Source: Camelus ferus
Taxonomy: Eukaryota
DNA length: 64,000 bases
NCBI RefSeq assembly: GCF_009834535.1
Contig: NC_045711.1
Span: forward strand, 20,150,001-20,214,000
Direction of reading: 5' to 3'
The notes beneath the pieces are model-generated. The model did not search any database and was not told the origin of the DNA. It saw only the letters and a program-made list of their open reading frames with translations. A program made the position numbers and the translations under genes. Positions 1 through 12,099 of this stretch are shown piece after piece; position 1 is the first letter of the stretch; every line of letters starts with the position of its first letter.

Positions 1-782
1 TGGAGAACCGGGGCCTCCACTAGGACCGGAAGGGGCTGGTCCGCTGAGAGAAAGGAGGCTGAGGGGTGCAGGGACGGAGGGTTGGGACGGGGAGGTGCAA
101 GGTCCCAGGACCAGATGGTGGTGCTGGCGGCAAAGCACCGCCAAGGACTGAGAAGTGACCTGATGGTTCGCTTTGAAGTGGTTACAAAGGTAAATTCTAT
201 GTTCTGTGTATTTTACTACATAAGAAGATTTTTTGAAGATGAGGACCAAGCTCTGGGGTCCAGTGTCCGCAGACCGCCGTCCCAGCTCAGATGCCCGGAA
301 CTCAGACGAGCAGAGGCCTGCGGGTCACCGAGCTCGGCGGCTTGGACTCTTCCTGGACCGAGATTCTTGAGGACAGGAGGGCACCCCAGAGCTGCCTTTC
401 CAGCTGGTGCTCCGTGGCCCTAACTTTCCTTCTCCTGCCGTCCAAAACCATACTTCTTCAGTTGGAAGAGCAACTGGCTCAAACGCACATCCACACCGGC
501 CCCAAGGACGTGAACCTGCCCTGACCAGGGGCCGCCCTCTGGCCCTTTGTGGGCAGGACAGTCATCCTCACCTGACCCACTAGCTTGTGCCCCACTTGGC
601 TCCACGGGTCTCCCTGAGCGGTCACCTGTCAGCTGGGACCAAGACCCTCACTGGGGACATCTCTCTGCCAGCCTGTCTTTTGTCGTTGGTACTATTTTTC
701 TATTTACGAGAAGAACCCACTGGGTGGGAGAAGGGGACCCTGGAGTGAAGAGGAGGGGCTGCCACAGAGCCGAGACACCCAC

Positions 783-947
783 CTCGTCACAGCCGATGTG
801 GAGCCACCGCGCGCCCGGGTGCAGCCCCATCACCTGGTCGATCATGGCCCCGACCAGTGCCAGGGACTCGGCCTTGTGGGGGTTCAGGGTGTTGGGGAAG
901 AGGGCCACTTCGCGGAGGTGAGCCAGAGCCTCGTGCTTCAGCACAAA
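783..947 (-). CDS. HEXD: Hexosaminidase D, coding exon (aa 95-149; [14 protein letters not shown]...LHIGCDE). Gene continues beyond the left edge of the window.
   Basis: 165-nt exon with AG acceptor (948-949) and GT donor (781-782). Translation matches mammalian HEXD (GH20) and ends in the catalytic D148-E149 pair at the same residue numbers as human. Phases chain correctly with upstream exons (84+110+88+165=447 nt). Confidence 0.97.
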
Positions 948-2190
948 CTGTGGAGAGAGGACCAGAGCGCTTGGCGACGCAGTCCAGCTCCTGCTTGAGT
1001 CCTGCTGGGCCCCTGGGTCTGGACTCCCTGTCTGCTCAGGGTCCCCAGCGGGGCTGTGCTGCGGGAACCGGGCCCAGGGGCCGAGGGGGCAGCTCCGAGC
1101 ATAGCCCTCCCTCCCTCCAGTCCTAACTGTGCTGCGTGAGAAAACCAAAGACAGTTTCTATTCACAGCAGAATTGCAAGTCGGGGGGTTCCTGCTGCAGT
1201 GAAGAGGTTGGCAAATCCTTCCCCCAAGACAAGTACAAAATGGAACCGTTGGTCAAAAACGACCACTTCAGGGCTCCAGAAACCAACTAAATGGGAACAA
1301 CACGTTGGGAAATGTCTGTTCATGAAAGACGCCTGCAACTTTAGGTGCAGAGATCCTGCAGCTCTGCCCCTCCCTCCCAGGGCTGGCTGTGGGTGAACCG
1401 GCCCTCAGGGAAAACTCTTCGGAATTAGGTGGCTCCCAGGGGCCGCAGAGGTGACGTGTTCTGCCACACACGGGGGCACTGGGGGCAGAGGGCTGGGAGG
1501 AGCGCAGGGGCCGCAGCAGACTGAGAACCGGCTGAGCTCAGGGTGCGGCCCCAGCCCCTGCGACACGAGGTGGGGGCCCCACAGCGAGCCCTGGCAGCCA
1601 CCCCCAGGAGACCAGGCTCAAAATAAACGTAAGAATAAAGAGCCAAGAGAGGCATCAGTGGCCGCACACAGCTGGGGAGACAGACCCTGCAGGTGAAACC
1701 CTGGGAACAAGTCAGATTTGCTTTAACCCAGGGTCTGAAACATTCAGTTTTCAACCAGAAGTTCTGAGATGTGTAAATAAACTGGGAAGTGGGATCCAGA
1801 CCCAAAGAAAAGAGATGTCTGTAGAACCTGATGCTAGGTAGTCCCAGGTGTTGGATTTATCAGACAGTTGTTTCAAAGAAACTGCTATGAACATGTGCCC
1901 GGAATTAAAGGAAACTGTTTACAAGGAGGGAAATTAAAAGTCTGCTCACTGGCTCAGCAGCAGATCTGAAAGGTCAGAAGAGAGGCAGTGACTGGAACGA
2001 AAAGTTAATAGAAATGACTCCATCTGCGGAACTGAGCCTCGGAGACCCCGGGGTGACACGGAGCCACCAGCACACAGGCAGAGGGAGCCCCGGGAGGAGA
2101 GACGGGGACAGAAAATGCGAGGAAATGGCCCCAAACCTCCCCAAAGTGGAGAAGCTCATCATACCCCACAGAACAAAGGCAAAGACACCC

Positions 2191-2274
2191 AAACCCAGAC
2201 GCGCCGTGAGCCGGCCGCCGAGGACACAGTTAAAACCCAGATGCGCCGTGAGCCAGCCGCCGAGGACACAGTCA
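2191..2274. repeat. 42-bp tandem duplication (2 copies)
   Basis: aaacccagaYgcgccgtgagccRgccgccgaggacacagt at 2191 and 2233. Confidence 0.9.
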
Positions 2275-2299
2275 ACAGCGGACACGACTCGTTCACGGA

Positions 2300-3060
2300 C
2301 TGGAAGGCTCCACGTGGCAGAGGCAATTTCCCCTCAAACCAACCGATTTCACAAAATCCCAAACTCCCAGCAAGCTTTCTCATAGATATGCAAAGTGATT
2401 CGAAACTATATGTGAAGAGTCAGAGGGACCGGAGTAACCAAGAGAATTCTGGAAAAGAAGAGGTTTGGGGACTCTCACTCCCTGGGCTGAAGACTCACAG
2501 TGAAGCCACACTAACCCAGACAACATGGGGTCCATTGGCAAAGGTACAGCGCACAGCTCCACGGAGCAGGACAGGGTCTAGAACGTTCTCACAAATGCAC
2601 TCACTGGGTTTTTGACAAAGGTGCAAAGGCGACTCCAAATTCCAAAGAAAGGATGGTCTTTTCCACAACTGGTTTTGGCCCCACTGGTCAGGTGGTTCCA
2701 CACCATGTGCAAGAAAAATGAAACTGAAACCCCACCTTAAGCCAAAAGCCCAAACGGAGTGACCGGCTGAACAGAAAATGTGCAGGTGTGAGACGTCAGA
2801 GTAGAACGGGAAAGGCTCTGGCCTGGCGATCGGCAAGGAGCTTAGGAATGCCGCCAAAGGCATGATTCGTCAAAGACGACTGACACACAGGAGTTCATCT
2901 CCGTTAAAGGCTTCTGCTCTTTGAAAGGCAACGTTAGGAGAATGAAAAGCCAAACTGAAGACTGGGAGAAAATATTTGCAAGTCACATATCTAACAAAAG
3001 ACCTGTATCCAGAATGCATAAATCGCTTAAAACACTCGACATTTCAGAAAGCAGAACAGG
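2300..3060 (+). mobile_element. Degraded LINE-1 (L1M) ORF2 fragment
   Basis: Characteristic L1 ORF2 remnants such as agaatgaaaagccaaactgaagactgggagaaaatatttgcaagtcacatatctaacaaaagac. Confidence 0.75.
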
Positions 3061-3099
3061 CAGAACACTCAGACAGCGCTTCACTGCTCGAGAGGACCA

Positions 3100-3250
3100 G
3101 GCGCTGGCCCAGGTGAACACACGAGTCCCCTCCAGAAGGACTGGCCCTGCTGACACCTTGACTCTGGACTTCTGTCCTGCAGACCATGAGAGAACACACT
3201 TCTGTGGTTTAAGCTGCCTGGGTGGTTGTCCTCTGATCCGCCCTAAGAGC
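3100..3250 (+). mobile_element. MLT1 (ERVL-MaLR) LTR 3' fragment
   Basis: ggccctgctgacaccttgactctggacttctgtcctgcagaccatgagagaacacacttctgtggtttaag is typical of MLT1 3' ends. Confidence 0.65.
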
Positions 3251-4428
3251 AGACGGCTTCCTCAGGAGCGGGAGAGCCTGGTGCAGCTGGGCTGTGCCTG
3301 GGCAGGGGAGGGCTTGGGAGATGGAGCGATGCTGGGAGCCTCGGGGGAGGGCTTTCCAGTAGTTCAGGCAGGGGTTCAGACAAGGACGGTGACAGCGGGA
3401 CAGAGGGGCTGCTGATTCGGGAGATGGAGGAGCGAAGGCAGGACTTGACAGGGACGGGAAGGGCAGTGGGTGGGGGGTTGGGGCGCCACAGCCCCTCCCT
3501 GAGGAGGAGGAGGAGATGAGGGACTGGAGCCCAGGGTCTGCACGAGAGATGGGGCTCCTGGGAGCCTGAGGACAGCGTAGGGAAGCAGGAGGGAGGGGCT
3601 CTGTCCAGAGAAGAATGTGAAGTGAGGGAGGGCCCTCAGGAGAAGCCATGGACACCCAGTCCGAGGCAGACGCTGGGGCATCCCCAGAAGCGGGGACCAC
3701 GGGGGCTGTCGGTGATGCCAAGAGCCCAGAGAGTCAAGTAAAGGCACACTGAAACCTACCACAGATTTAGTGACCCGGAGGACTCTGGTGGCCTCGGAAG
3801 AGACCCCCAGGGGAATGTGGTCGCCTCCTCCAGGGTGGCAAGTGACAAGGGTGAGTCAGGACAGGAGCCCATAGAGCACAGCAGGGAGTGACCGGGACGC
3901 TGGAGGGCTGACCATGGGAGGGGTCCCAGATCAGGGGGCGACGCACAGGAGGTGCGAGTGGCTGGAGGGAAGACGAAGGGGGAGGACGGCCTAGACCTGC
4001 TGGCGTAGCTGCTGGAGGGAAAATGGAACCTGGCAGACAGTAAATCAACATGACGTTTAATCTGCTTCTTGTTTGAGGCAGACATGAAACGTTTTGAAGA
4101 TCACATAGAAGCTCGGAAAAATATTTTCAGTGTTAGGTCAGAAAGGATGCAGACAGAGAAAACAGAAGGCACGTGTTCTTAATACTGTGTTTCACCTCAC
4201 ACAGGAATATTTTGATGGATACACGTTAAAAAGGAAAGCTGCCCCCATGCAGGGCGCCCAGGGCACCCCAGCTCTTACCGCCCCCTGGACTGAGGGGGGC
4301 TGTGACCTGGAGCTCCATGCTCCTGCAGTCCCCAGGGCAGAGCCCCTCTCTGCAGCGCTGAGCAGCACCCCTGGTGCACCCCAAACCCCTCGCCGCGGCA
4401 CCAGGTGGCTTGTGTTCCTCCAACTCAC

Positions 4429-4516
4429 CTCCATGTGTCCGAACGTCTGCACCAAGGGGACGACCTCCAGCTCGTTCAGCGCGGCCAGGCGCAGGATCTC
4501 TCTGATTTCCGAGGGG
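4429..4516 (-). CDS. HEXD: Hexosaminidase D, coding exon ([30 protein letters not shown])
   Basis: 88-nt exon; ttttgtctcccag acceptor and GTGAG donor; matches [33 protein letters not shown]. Confidence 0.97.
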
Positions 4517-4796
4517 CTGGGAGACAAAAGACCATGCCAGCTCCGGTTCACGTCCCCCGGCCCGTCCTGGCCAGCCTCCCCGGGGACTCCACAGAGGAAA
4601 CTAGCAGGGCAGTAACTCTGAAAAGCCCAAAGATACCCTCAGGTTTTCAGAGAAGACTCCCGTCCTGGAATTCAGGAGGTTGGTGCTCTGCTATGTCGCC
4701 AATTCAGAGCTTGCTTTTTACCAGCTATTCTGTCCCAAACTCTGCAAGAGGCTAAAGTCCTTTTATAGGAAACTGGGCCACACAAGGGATCATATT

Positions 4797-5015
4797 CTAG
4801 GGCGGGGGCAGGCAGCAGCCCTGAGAGCAAAGTCACCGCCTGTTTTTGTACAGCCCATGACCTAAGAATGGTTTCTACATTTTAAAACTGTTGAGGAAAA
4901 TTTAAAAAGCAGTATTTTGTGACATGTGAAAACTGTATGGAATCCACACTTCAGTATCCACAAACAGGGCTTTATTGGGAGACAGCCGTGGCCACTCGTC
5001 ACGTCTCCTGTGACT
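4797..5015. mobile_element. MER58-like hAT-Charlie DNA transposon relic
   Basis: ccgcctgtttttgtacagcccatgacctaagaatggtttctacattttaa...ctttattgggagacagcc resembles MER58B. Confidence 0.7.
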
Positions 5016-6060
5016 GCTCCCCACCCCCAGTCGTAACACAGACCAGGCGGGCCGCGCGGCCTGAAGTGCCTACCGTCTGGCCCTTTCCAGGAAAAGCTGG
5101 TGGCCCTTTAACAGACGAGAGATGGAAGACGCTCAAGATCTGGGGATCAGCTCCCCTCCTGCAGGTGGGTGAGCCCTTGTAAGGAAGTGGCTGGTGGCGC
5201 ACCTGCGGGCCCTCCGGGCCAGCGTTCCCCGCCAAGGCCAGTGAGGACGCCACCCCAGAAGGGCCCCTGCCTGCTCCACCGTGAGTTGTCATTTGTGAAT
5301 TTATCTCAGTTTCTGTACGTGTTTGAACCATCTCTACAGTTAACCAGTTCTATAAATGTATCAACAACATAGAATTCTGTCTTTAAATACACCTTTTTTC
5401 TAATTTCACCAGAACCCTGCCACCTTTGCCACTTAAAGGAACAAAGGAACAAATCCTGTTCACCGTAGGGAGAAACACCAACACCTCGGGCAACCTCACA
5501 GCATCTCGGCTCTGGTGCACACCATTCCCATTTCCCGTCCACACACGCACAACACACGTGTGCACACACACACTCGCGGAGTCAAACCGCCCCCCAGGCC
5601 ACCAGCAAGAGGGTTGCTTTTTCTCACCCTTGTGGACACGGAACATTATAATTTTTCTAAAAGCTTCACAGTTCAGTGGCCAGAATGGCACTTCATTGTT
5701 TTATTTATTACTACCATAGGATTATTGGCCACTTTTCTTTCTTTTCTGGGATCAGATGTTCTTTGCCCATTTTCCGTTCGGGCTATTTGTTGCTGATTTA
5801 TAGGGACACCCATCACTTTAAGGCCAGGCAGGGTGCACTGGTGACCACCCTGACCTCACTGACCCCCTCCACTCCCCTCCACTCTCCACTTCCCTGAAGA
5901 AGACCCGCTCGTGACCTTAAAGAGCAGCCCTCCTTCTGCCGTGGGGACCCTGGCTGTGTTCTGTACACACTTCGTACCAAAAGATGAGACTGATGCACGG
6001 GGTCACCGTGCTTCCTCGAGGGGAACCAAAGCTGACCCTTCTCTTCTGTTTCTTTAATTT

Positions 6061-6196
6061 ATTATTGTTTTGTTTTTTTGGAGGACGGGAAGTAAGTAGG
6101 TTTATTTATTTATTTTAATGGAGGTGCTGGGGATGGAACCCAGGACCTCGTGCCTGCTAAGCACATGCTCCACCCCTGAGCTGCACCCTCCCCTCC
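6061..6196 (-). mobile_element. tRNA-derived SINE, Vic-1 type (camelid)
   Basis: Reverse complement reads GGAGGGGAGGGTGCAGCTCAGGGGTGGAGCATGTGCTTAGCAGGCACGAGGTCCTGGGTTCCATCCCCAGCACCTCCATTAAAATAAATAAATAAACCTAC, with tRNA A/B-box-like motifs and an AT-rich tail, matching my recollection of Vic-1. Confidence 0.75.
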
Positions 6197-6365
6197 GTTT
6201 TCTTTCTCTTTTAAATGGTTCCAAATTCCTTCAGTGAAGTTGCTTTACTCTGATGATTAAAGATGGGCATTTGACGACACCGGAGAGGGTGTCCTGGGTT
6301 CAGCTCTTGCCCGCCCCCCCCCCCCCCCGCAAACCCCTCCGGCTCCGCCAAGGCGGCCGGAGTAC

Positions 6366-6475
6366 CTGTACGCGTGCTCGGCCCGCAGCAACCTCAGGGG
6401 GCCCTCGTAGGGAAACATGTCTTCATATTCGATGAGGAGGCCGTCTGCACCCAGGGCCCGGAACAGGGGGAAAAT
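6366..6475 (-). CDS. HEXD: Hexosaminidase D, coding exon ([36 protein letters not shown])
   Basis: 110-nt exon with AG/GT boundaries; near-identical to mammalian HEXD. Confidence 0.97.
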
Positions 6476-7729
6476 CTGGGGAGAGACGGGGATGCCATGA
6501 AGAAGTGACATGGACGGGGAGTGACGCACGTGCTGCCACAGACTTCCAGCTTGTGGACCGGGACTGCAGATCTCCGTATTTCCCTGGAAACTCGTCACCT
6601 GCAACGTGAACTCTGAGTTACACCAAGTCAAACTCTACCGCGGCGACGTGTTCACTTGACACGGCAGGGCAGGGGCAGGGAGACAGTGCGCTGCGGAGCC
6701 GCAGATGCCTGGTGGCCGGGCTGGGCAGGGACAGACGGCTAGTCATCAAGGAGAGCAGCGTGCGTGAGGGGGTGGGGAGCTTCTAGAGCACAGGGAGCTG
6801 GGGGCTGGGCTGCGGGGGCCTCGGGGGCCTGAAGAGAAGGAGGTGAGCGCCTGGGAGGAGCCACAGAGGAGGGGGATGCGGGAGCAGACAGGCTGTCCCG
6901 CTGGCTCGGGGGCCTCCCCGGTTCTCCCACCTCTCTCGCTGCCTTTACTTCCTGTCCTCCAGGGTTTTCAGAACTAGTTCACACTCCTGCGCACAGCCCT
7001 GAGGTTGGCGCCAAGTTCAGGGTGGCGCTGTGGGAGGGGATGCCCGGCAGGCACCTAGAACAGCACAGCCACCTCCAGACAAGGGCGGCGGCAGACTTGG
7101 CACGACCGCAGCGCCCTTGTTGATTTTGCCCCGTCTCAGCTTTCTCTCCCCAAGAACGCAGGACGTTCTGAACCACGCTGGGAGGACAGGGAGATCAGCT
7201 GGCAATTCACGAAATGGGTGAGCAAACTACCGACTGCAAGCTACAAGAAGGACGGAGCGTGGAAGGAGTCACTAACGCAGGCTGGACATGTGCACAGATG
7301 AGACACGCCGGTTACAGCATTTTCACATTTTCTCAGCGTTTCTGCTTCTGTTTGCCTCGCAGCCGCTGGGCCATCTGCCCACGGGGCGGCCTCCTTGACG
7401 TTTGTTGTAGGCGGGCTTGTGCTATGGGTGGTTGAGAGGCTGCTAAGCTCAGCCTGAGGGACCTGGGAGTCCCAGCTGCCCGAGAGTCACCGATACACGT
7501 CCCTCCCCTGCATCCAGGCACTGGACTGGGGCGGAGGAGGTTTTTATCACAGAGCTGTACGAACGCACAAATGCAAGAGTGTTATGCCACGAGCCCTCAC
7601 GCCTCCAGCATTCAGGTTCAACACTGTGCCAATTTCATTTCACGTAATTTCCACTTTTCCTCTGTGAATGGAACATTTTAAAGCAAATCCCAGACAGTGT
7701 GTTTTTTCACCTATGAACAGTTCAGTACA

Positions 7730-7961
7730 CAGTTGGCCCTTGAACAACACAAGTTTGAACTTCACGAGTCCACCCATACGCGGACTTCTGTCACTGAACA
7801 GGCACTAAAGTGCTGCACAGTCCACGGCTGGTTGGATCCGTGGCTGCGGAACAGTGGACGTGGACAAACCGTGCTACGGAGGACCAGCTCCAGGTTGCAG
7901 GCAATTTCGACTGTGTGGAGGGTCAGAGCCCCTAACTTCCACGTTGTTCAAGGATCACCTG
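7730..7961. mobile_element. TcMar-Tigger-type MITE with terminal inverted repeats
   Basis: Starts CAGTTGGCCCTTGAACAAC and ends GTTGTTCAAGGATCACCTG (imperfect TIR pair, Tigger2/MER8-like); 232 bp. Confidence 0.8.
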
Positions 7962-8509
7962 TTTATCTCTGATGAGCACTTATCAAAACAGGGCATGACC
8001 ACAACAGCACTCTGACACCCGGACAAGTAATTCCCTGGTGCCACTCAGGTCCAGATCTTCCTGTCACTGGAATCTTTCCACAGGTGGCTTGTTTGAACCT
8101 GATCCAGACAAGGTCCAAAGCTGCATTTTTTGGAATGGATCTTTTTAAGGGTCTTTTGATTTTCAACAACCCCTGTGCTTTTTTTTTTTCCCAACATGTT
8201 TGTTGATAAATCCAAGTGATCTGTTTTGTACAGGTTCCCAAACTGTGGCTTTGCTGGGCGGTATTCTCAGGACAGCCCTCCGTGTGCCTGCCGTTCCTGT
8301 GCACGCAGGCGGTCAGAGATGGAGGCGTGCTAAGGATCTGGCTTCCTTTTTTGGCATTATCTCACAGGTGGTTCTAGAAGACTCAAGTCTGGCTGTCCCA
8401 CTGGAGTGATGTTGGGCTGACCAGTGGGTTCAGGGGGCCTCAGTCAGATCCACCCTGGACCCTAGTGGTTTTACAACCGCTGACCACTGTTACCCAGCCA
8501 GCACCAAAG

Positions 8510-8995
8510 AGTCGCCAGGTGGAGACTGTCCAGTGCCGTCACCCCTTCTGTATCTCTGGCTGGAATTCTTTACAGGACTCCCTCTCTGCAGTTGCCAGGT
8601 AGAGACTGTCCAGTGCCGTCACCTCTTCTGTATCTCTGGCTGGAATTCTTTACAGGACTCCCTCTCTGCAGTTGCCAGGTAGAGACTGTCCAGTGCCGTC
8701 ACCTCTTCTGTATCTCTGGCTGGAATTCTTTATAGGACTTCCTCTTCGCAGTCGCCAGGTGGAGACTGTCCAGCACCATCACCCCTTCTGTGTCTCTGGC
8801 AGGAACTCCTGACAGGACTCCCTCTCCGCAGTCGCCAGGTGGAGACTGTCCAGTGCCGTCACCCCTCCTATGTCTCCGGCTGGAATTCTTTACAGGACTC
8901 CCTCTCTGTGGTCTCCAGGTGGAGACCAGACCGTCCAGTGCCGTCGCCCCTCCTGTGTCTCCAGCTGGAGCTCCTGACAGGACTTCCTCCCTGCA
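8510..8995. repeat. 80-bp minisatellite, about 6 copies, in HEXD intron
   Basis: Units start at 8511, 8591, 8671, 8751, 8831 and 8911 (gtYgccaggtRgagactgtccagtgccgtcacc...). Confidence 0.95.
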
Positions 8996-10794
8996 GTCAC
9001 TTGATTTCGCCTGTCCTGATGCTGCAGCTGAAGCTTATTCCCCAGAAAGCTCGCTTGGTTCTTGGATGTTTGTAATAGTTGGTCTGTGGCCTTTATACCT
9101 AGAGATCAGTTTGGCTGGATACAAAATCCTTGATTCATTATTTATTTTTCTGAGTATTTTAAATACACCTCCCGACCCTAACCCTGACCCTGACCCTTAT
9201 CTTCTGTCACAATATCTGATCCTTTGCAGCCAGTTAACCCCACCATGCTCTTTTCTCCGTGGGGCCTGGAGCGCAGTGTCTGCAAACAGCAGCCTCCACG
9301 GTGGTGTGTGCAGCCTGCTACCTGCATGGGTCACCCTAAGGGACCCGGAGACGGCCCTTCACAGTGGACATTCATGTCTGACCTCATGCTGTCCCCAGTC
9401 TAGGCTCCAGACAGGTACATGGGTGCCTCTGGAAAGTCCCGGGGCACAGTGGCCAGGCCTCACATCCACCCAGACCAGCTGCGGAACAGGCAGCATGTGA
9501 TGGAGGCCCTGTGCGGGGCCAAGTTCAGGTTCCCCGGCCTCCACAAGGTCAGAGTGCTGCAGCCTTGGGCTTGCCTTCCCTTGCCCCAGTGCCCAGGCCT
9601 CCTGACTCAGCTCTTCCTGCCTCTCCAGGAAGTGGGGACGTACCAAGTGTAATGCAGAGGAACGTGAAGACGTGGTGGCAGAAAAGCAGCTCATCCCGGA
9701 TGGCTGTGGGGTCAGACACATCCTGAGTCATGGCCCCCGGACTCCCAAGAGCCTTGGCACTGTCCCCCCTCCTTACTCACGACCACCAGTAGGTCCTACT
9801 CTCTTGTCTGAAGAAAGCCATCTGATGCAACCTGACTCTCTTCCCTTACATGACTGGGGCTGCTTGTGTGCCCAAAAGGCTTTCTCACTTTCATTTTCTT
9901 TGAAGTCTGATACGTTTACTGAGAGATCCCCTGGTGTAAGTCGCTGCAGGTAAAGTCCTCCAGGCACGGGGTATGCCCAGTCAACACGCAGGTGCAGGTA
10001 TCCTTCGATCTCGGTGCAGTGTTCTGAGCTGTGGCGTCTCCGCTCTGGAGGGCTGCTGGACACGGAAAACACGGCCACAACACTGTGCATCTACCTGAGC
10101 CTTGAATCTAGGCTGACCGTGGACTCCCCTTACCAGGAGCAACTCCAGGCCCCCGGGAGGCTAGCAGGTTCTGGCCCTCGGCTCTCGAAGCACTGCCTGG
10201 TGACCTGGCCTCCGAGAGGACGAGACCCCCGTGGAGAAGGGCCACGGTGTCCAGCCAACCATCAGCACTGATGCCAGATGTGGGGCTGAAGCCACCTGGG
10301 ACCATCATGGGGCTGCAGCCCCCAGGGAGCCCAAGGCAGACCAGAGCCACCGAGCCAACCCATGGGAATGGGAGGAGTAAACATTGTTGTTTGAACCTCT
10401 AAGTCTCGGGGTCCATCAGCACAGCAGGTAATGGAACAGGGATTCCAGTTACAAGGAAGCTGGGTCCTCTCTGCCTGTCTTCTCTGCAGTTTGCCACACA
10501 CTTTTATCTCTTCAAGCCCTGAGGCCTTGGGCCTCCAGCTCCCTCCTTTGAGTCTTTCTGCACTTGCACTCGACCTGGAGCCAGTGAAGCCTTTCCCCAG
10601 TTTATCTCGACAGACCCTTACTGTGGGGCTATTTTCTGGGTCCTCTAGTCTTGACAGTGTCGAAATTCCTTTCTCTTGCCTCCACCACCTCTCTCCGGCT
10701 GCTGGCCCCACATGGGTGTTATACTGTCTGTGGTTTGGCCCCACCCCCTTGCATTTTGGAATTCGTGGGGACATCCCGTTACCTACATTTGGTT

Positions 10795-11225
10795 TAGAGT
10801 ACGTGAGTTTCCTGCGGCTGCTGGAACTGATCACCACAATCCGGGTGGCTCCAAACCATAAGAGTTTATTCTGCCACAGTTCTGGAGGCAGAAGTCCCAA
10901 ATCTAGGTGTTAGCAGGGCTGTGCTCTCTCAGAAGGCTGTCGGGGGAATCCTTCCTGCTGCTTCCAGCTTCTGGTAGATGCTGGCACCCTTGGCCCCCCT
11001 CCTTGGGCTTCCAATCTGCCTCTGCCCCACGTGCCCTGCCACCCACCCCCATGTCTCACATCATTGTCTTTTTCCTTACGTAGACACTACTCTTGCATTA
11101 GGGCGCCTACTCCTGTGTTGATAACACTTGCAAAGACCCAATCTGTAAATCAGGTCACATTCACAAGTCCGAGGGGTTAAGATTTAAGAAAAACTGTCTG
11201 GGAGACAGGATTCAGCTCACAACAA
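10795..11225 (-). mobile_element. MLT1 LTR (ERVL-MaLR)
   Basis: gagtttcctgcggctgctgg...tttattctgccacagttctggaggcagaagtcccaaatctagg...caggattcagctcacaaca matches the reverse complement of MLT1 consensus. Confidence 0.75.
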
Positions 11226-11455
11226 AGAGGCTGTGGTTTCTTTTGTCTTCTCTGTTTTTCCTTTCGCTCTCCTGGTTGCTGTCTATTTTGAAAGCGGATT
11301 TGGAAGAAATTCAACATCTATGTTGCTGTCACCACCAAGCCCCAACCCAGAACCCACTGTTGTGTTCTAAGCACACATTTCTACAGAACATTGTTTAAAA
11401 ACCAAACCCAAGGCAAAGGTGACTGATTCTCTAGAGGAAAAAAAGGAGCCCTTAC

Positions 11456-11539
11456 CTCCAAGAGGTAGGAGACCTTTGGTGGAGCACCTTTCAGGTCCAG
11501 ATGAACTAATCGCATCTTGAATGGTGAGGAACTCGACAT
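11456..11539 (-). CDS. HEXD: Hexosaminidase D, first coding exon ([28 protein letters not shown])
   Basis: ATG at 11539-11537, 28 codons, GTAAG donor at 11455-11451; carries the [11 protein letters not shown]20 motif. Likely acceptor near 11598, so a non-coding exon 1 should lie in the CpG island near 12.1-12.4 kb. Not in the ORF track because it is short. Confidence 0.95.
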
Positions 11540-12099
11540 TGCACTATGTTTGATGAAGTCATAGAATGAAAACCTCCTCCTGTCTGGGCACTTCCTCCTA
11601 GAGGAGAAATTCAGGACAGAGTGTAAAGGGGAAGAACAAGAGAGAGTCAGGGTTCCGTCTTGTGAGCATGTAGGTCCTTTGCTTTGATTCCTGCTGCAAG
11701 AGGTGTGTAGAAATCACATTATTTCAAAGGCTTGGGTCAGCTGTCACTACTGTTTCCAGACTGCCTGGCAGGTCTGCAGCTGTCCCTGTCCCTGTCCCTG
11801 CCTCGGCCTCTAGGTAAGCTCTGTGGAGCCCCTGAATGGCCTCTGATCACACTGATTTTCCCCGTTTCAGGACTGTTGGGCAGATCTCTTTTCTTGTCCA
11901 ATGAGTCTAGGAAGGTTTTCTTCTCCCCTGTATCAGTAAATTATGCACATTTTTTAGACTTGATCCTCGTGAATGAACCTCACTGCTAACTGCTCATTCA
12001 GAATCTTAGGTATCTGGACAGGGCTGGTTAAGATCCTACTTCTTGCCCACTAGACGTAAGGTTCTCTAGGGAAGTTGAAAGCTGTAAAAGCAGCGGCAA

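Noticed and set aside
9171-9197. Telomere-variant-like hexamers (CCCGAC CCTAAC CCTGAC CCTGAC)
   Set aside because: Only about 4 degenerate units; too short to call an interstitial telomeric sequence.
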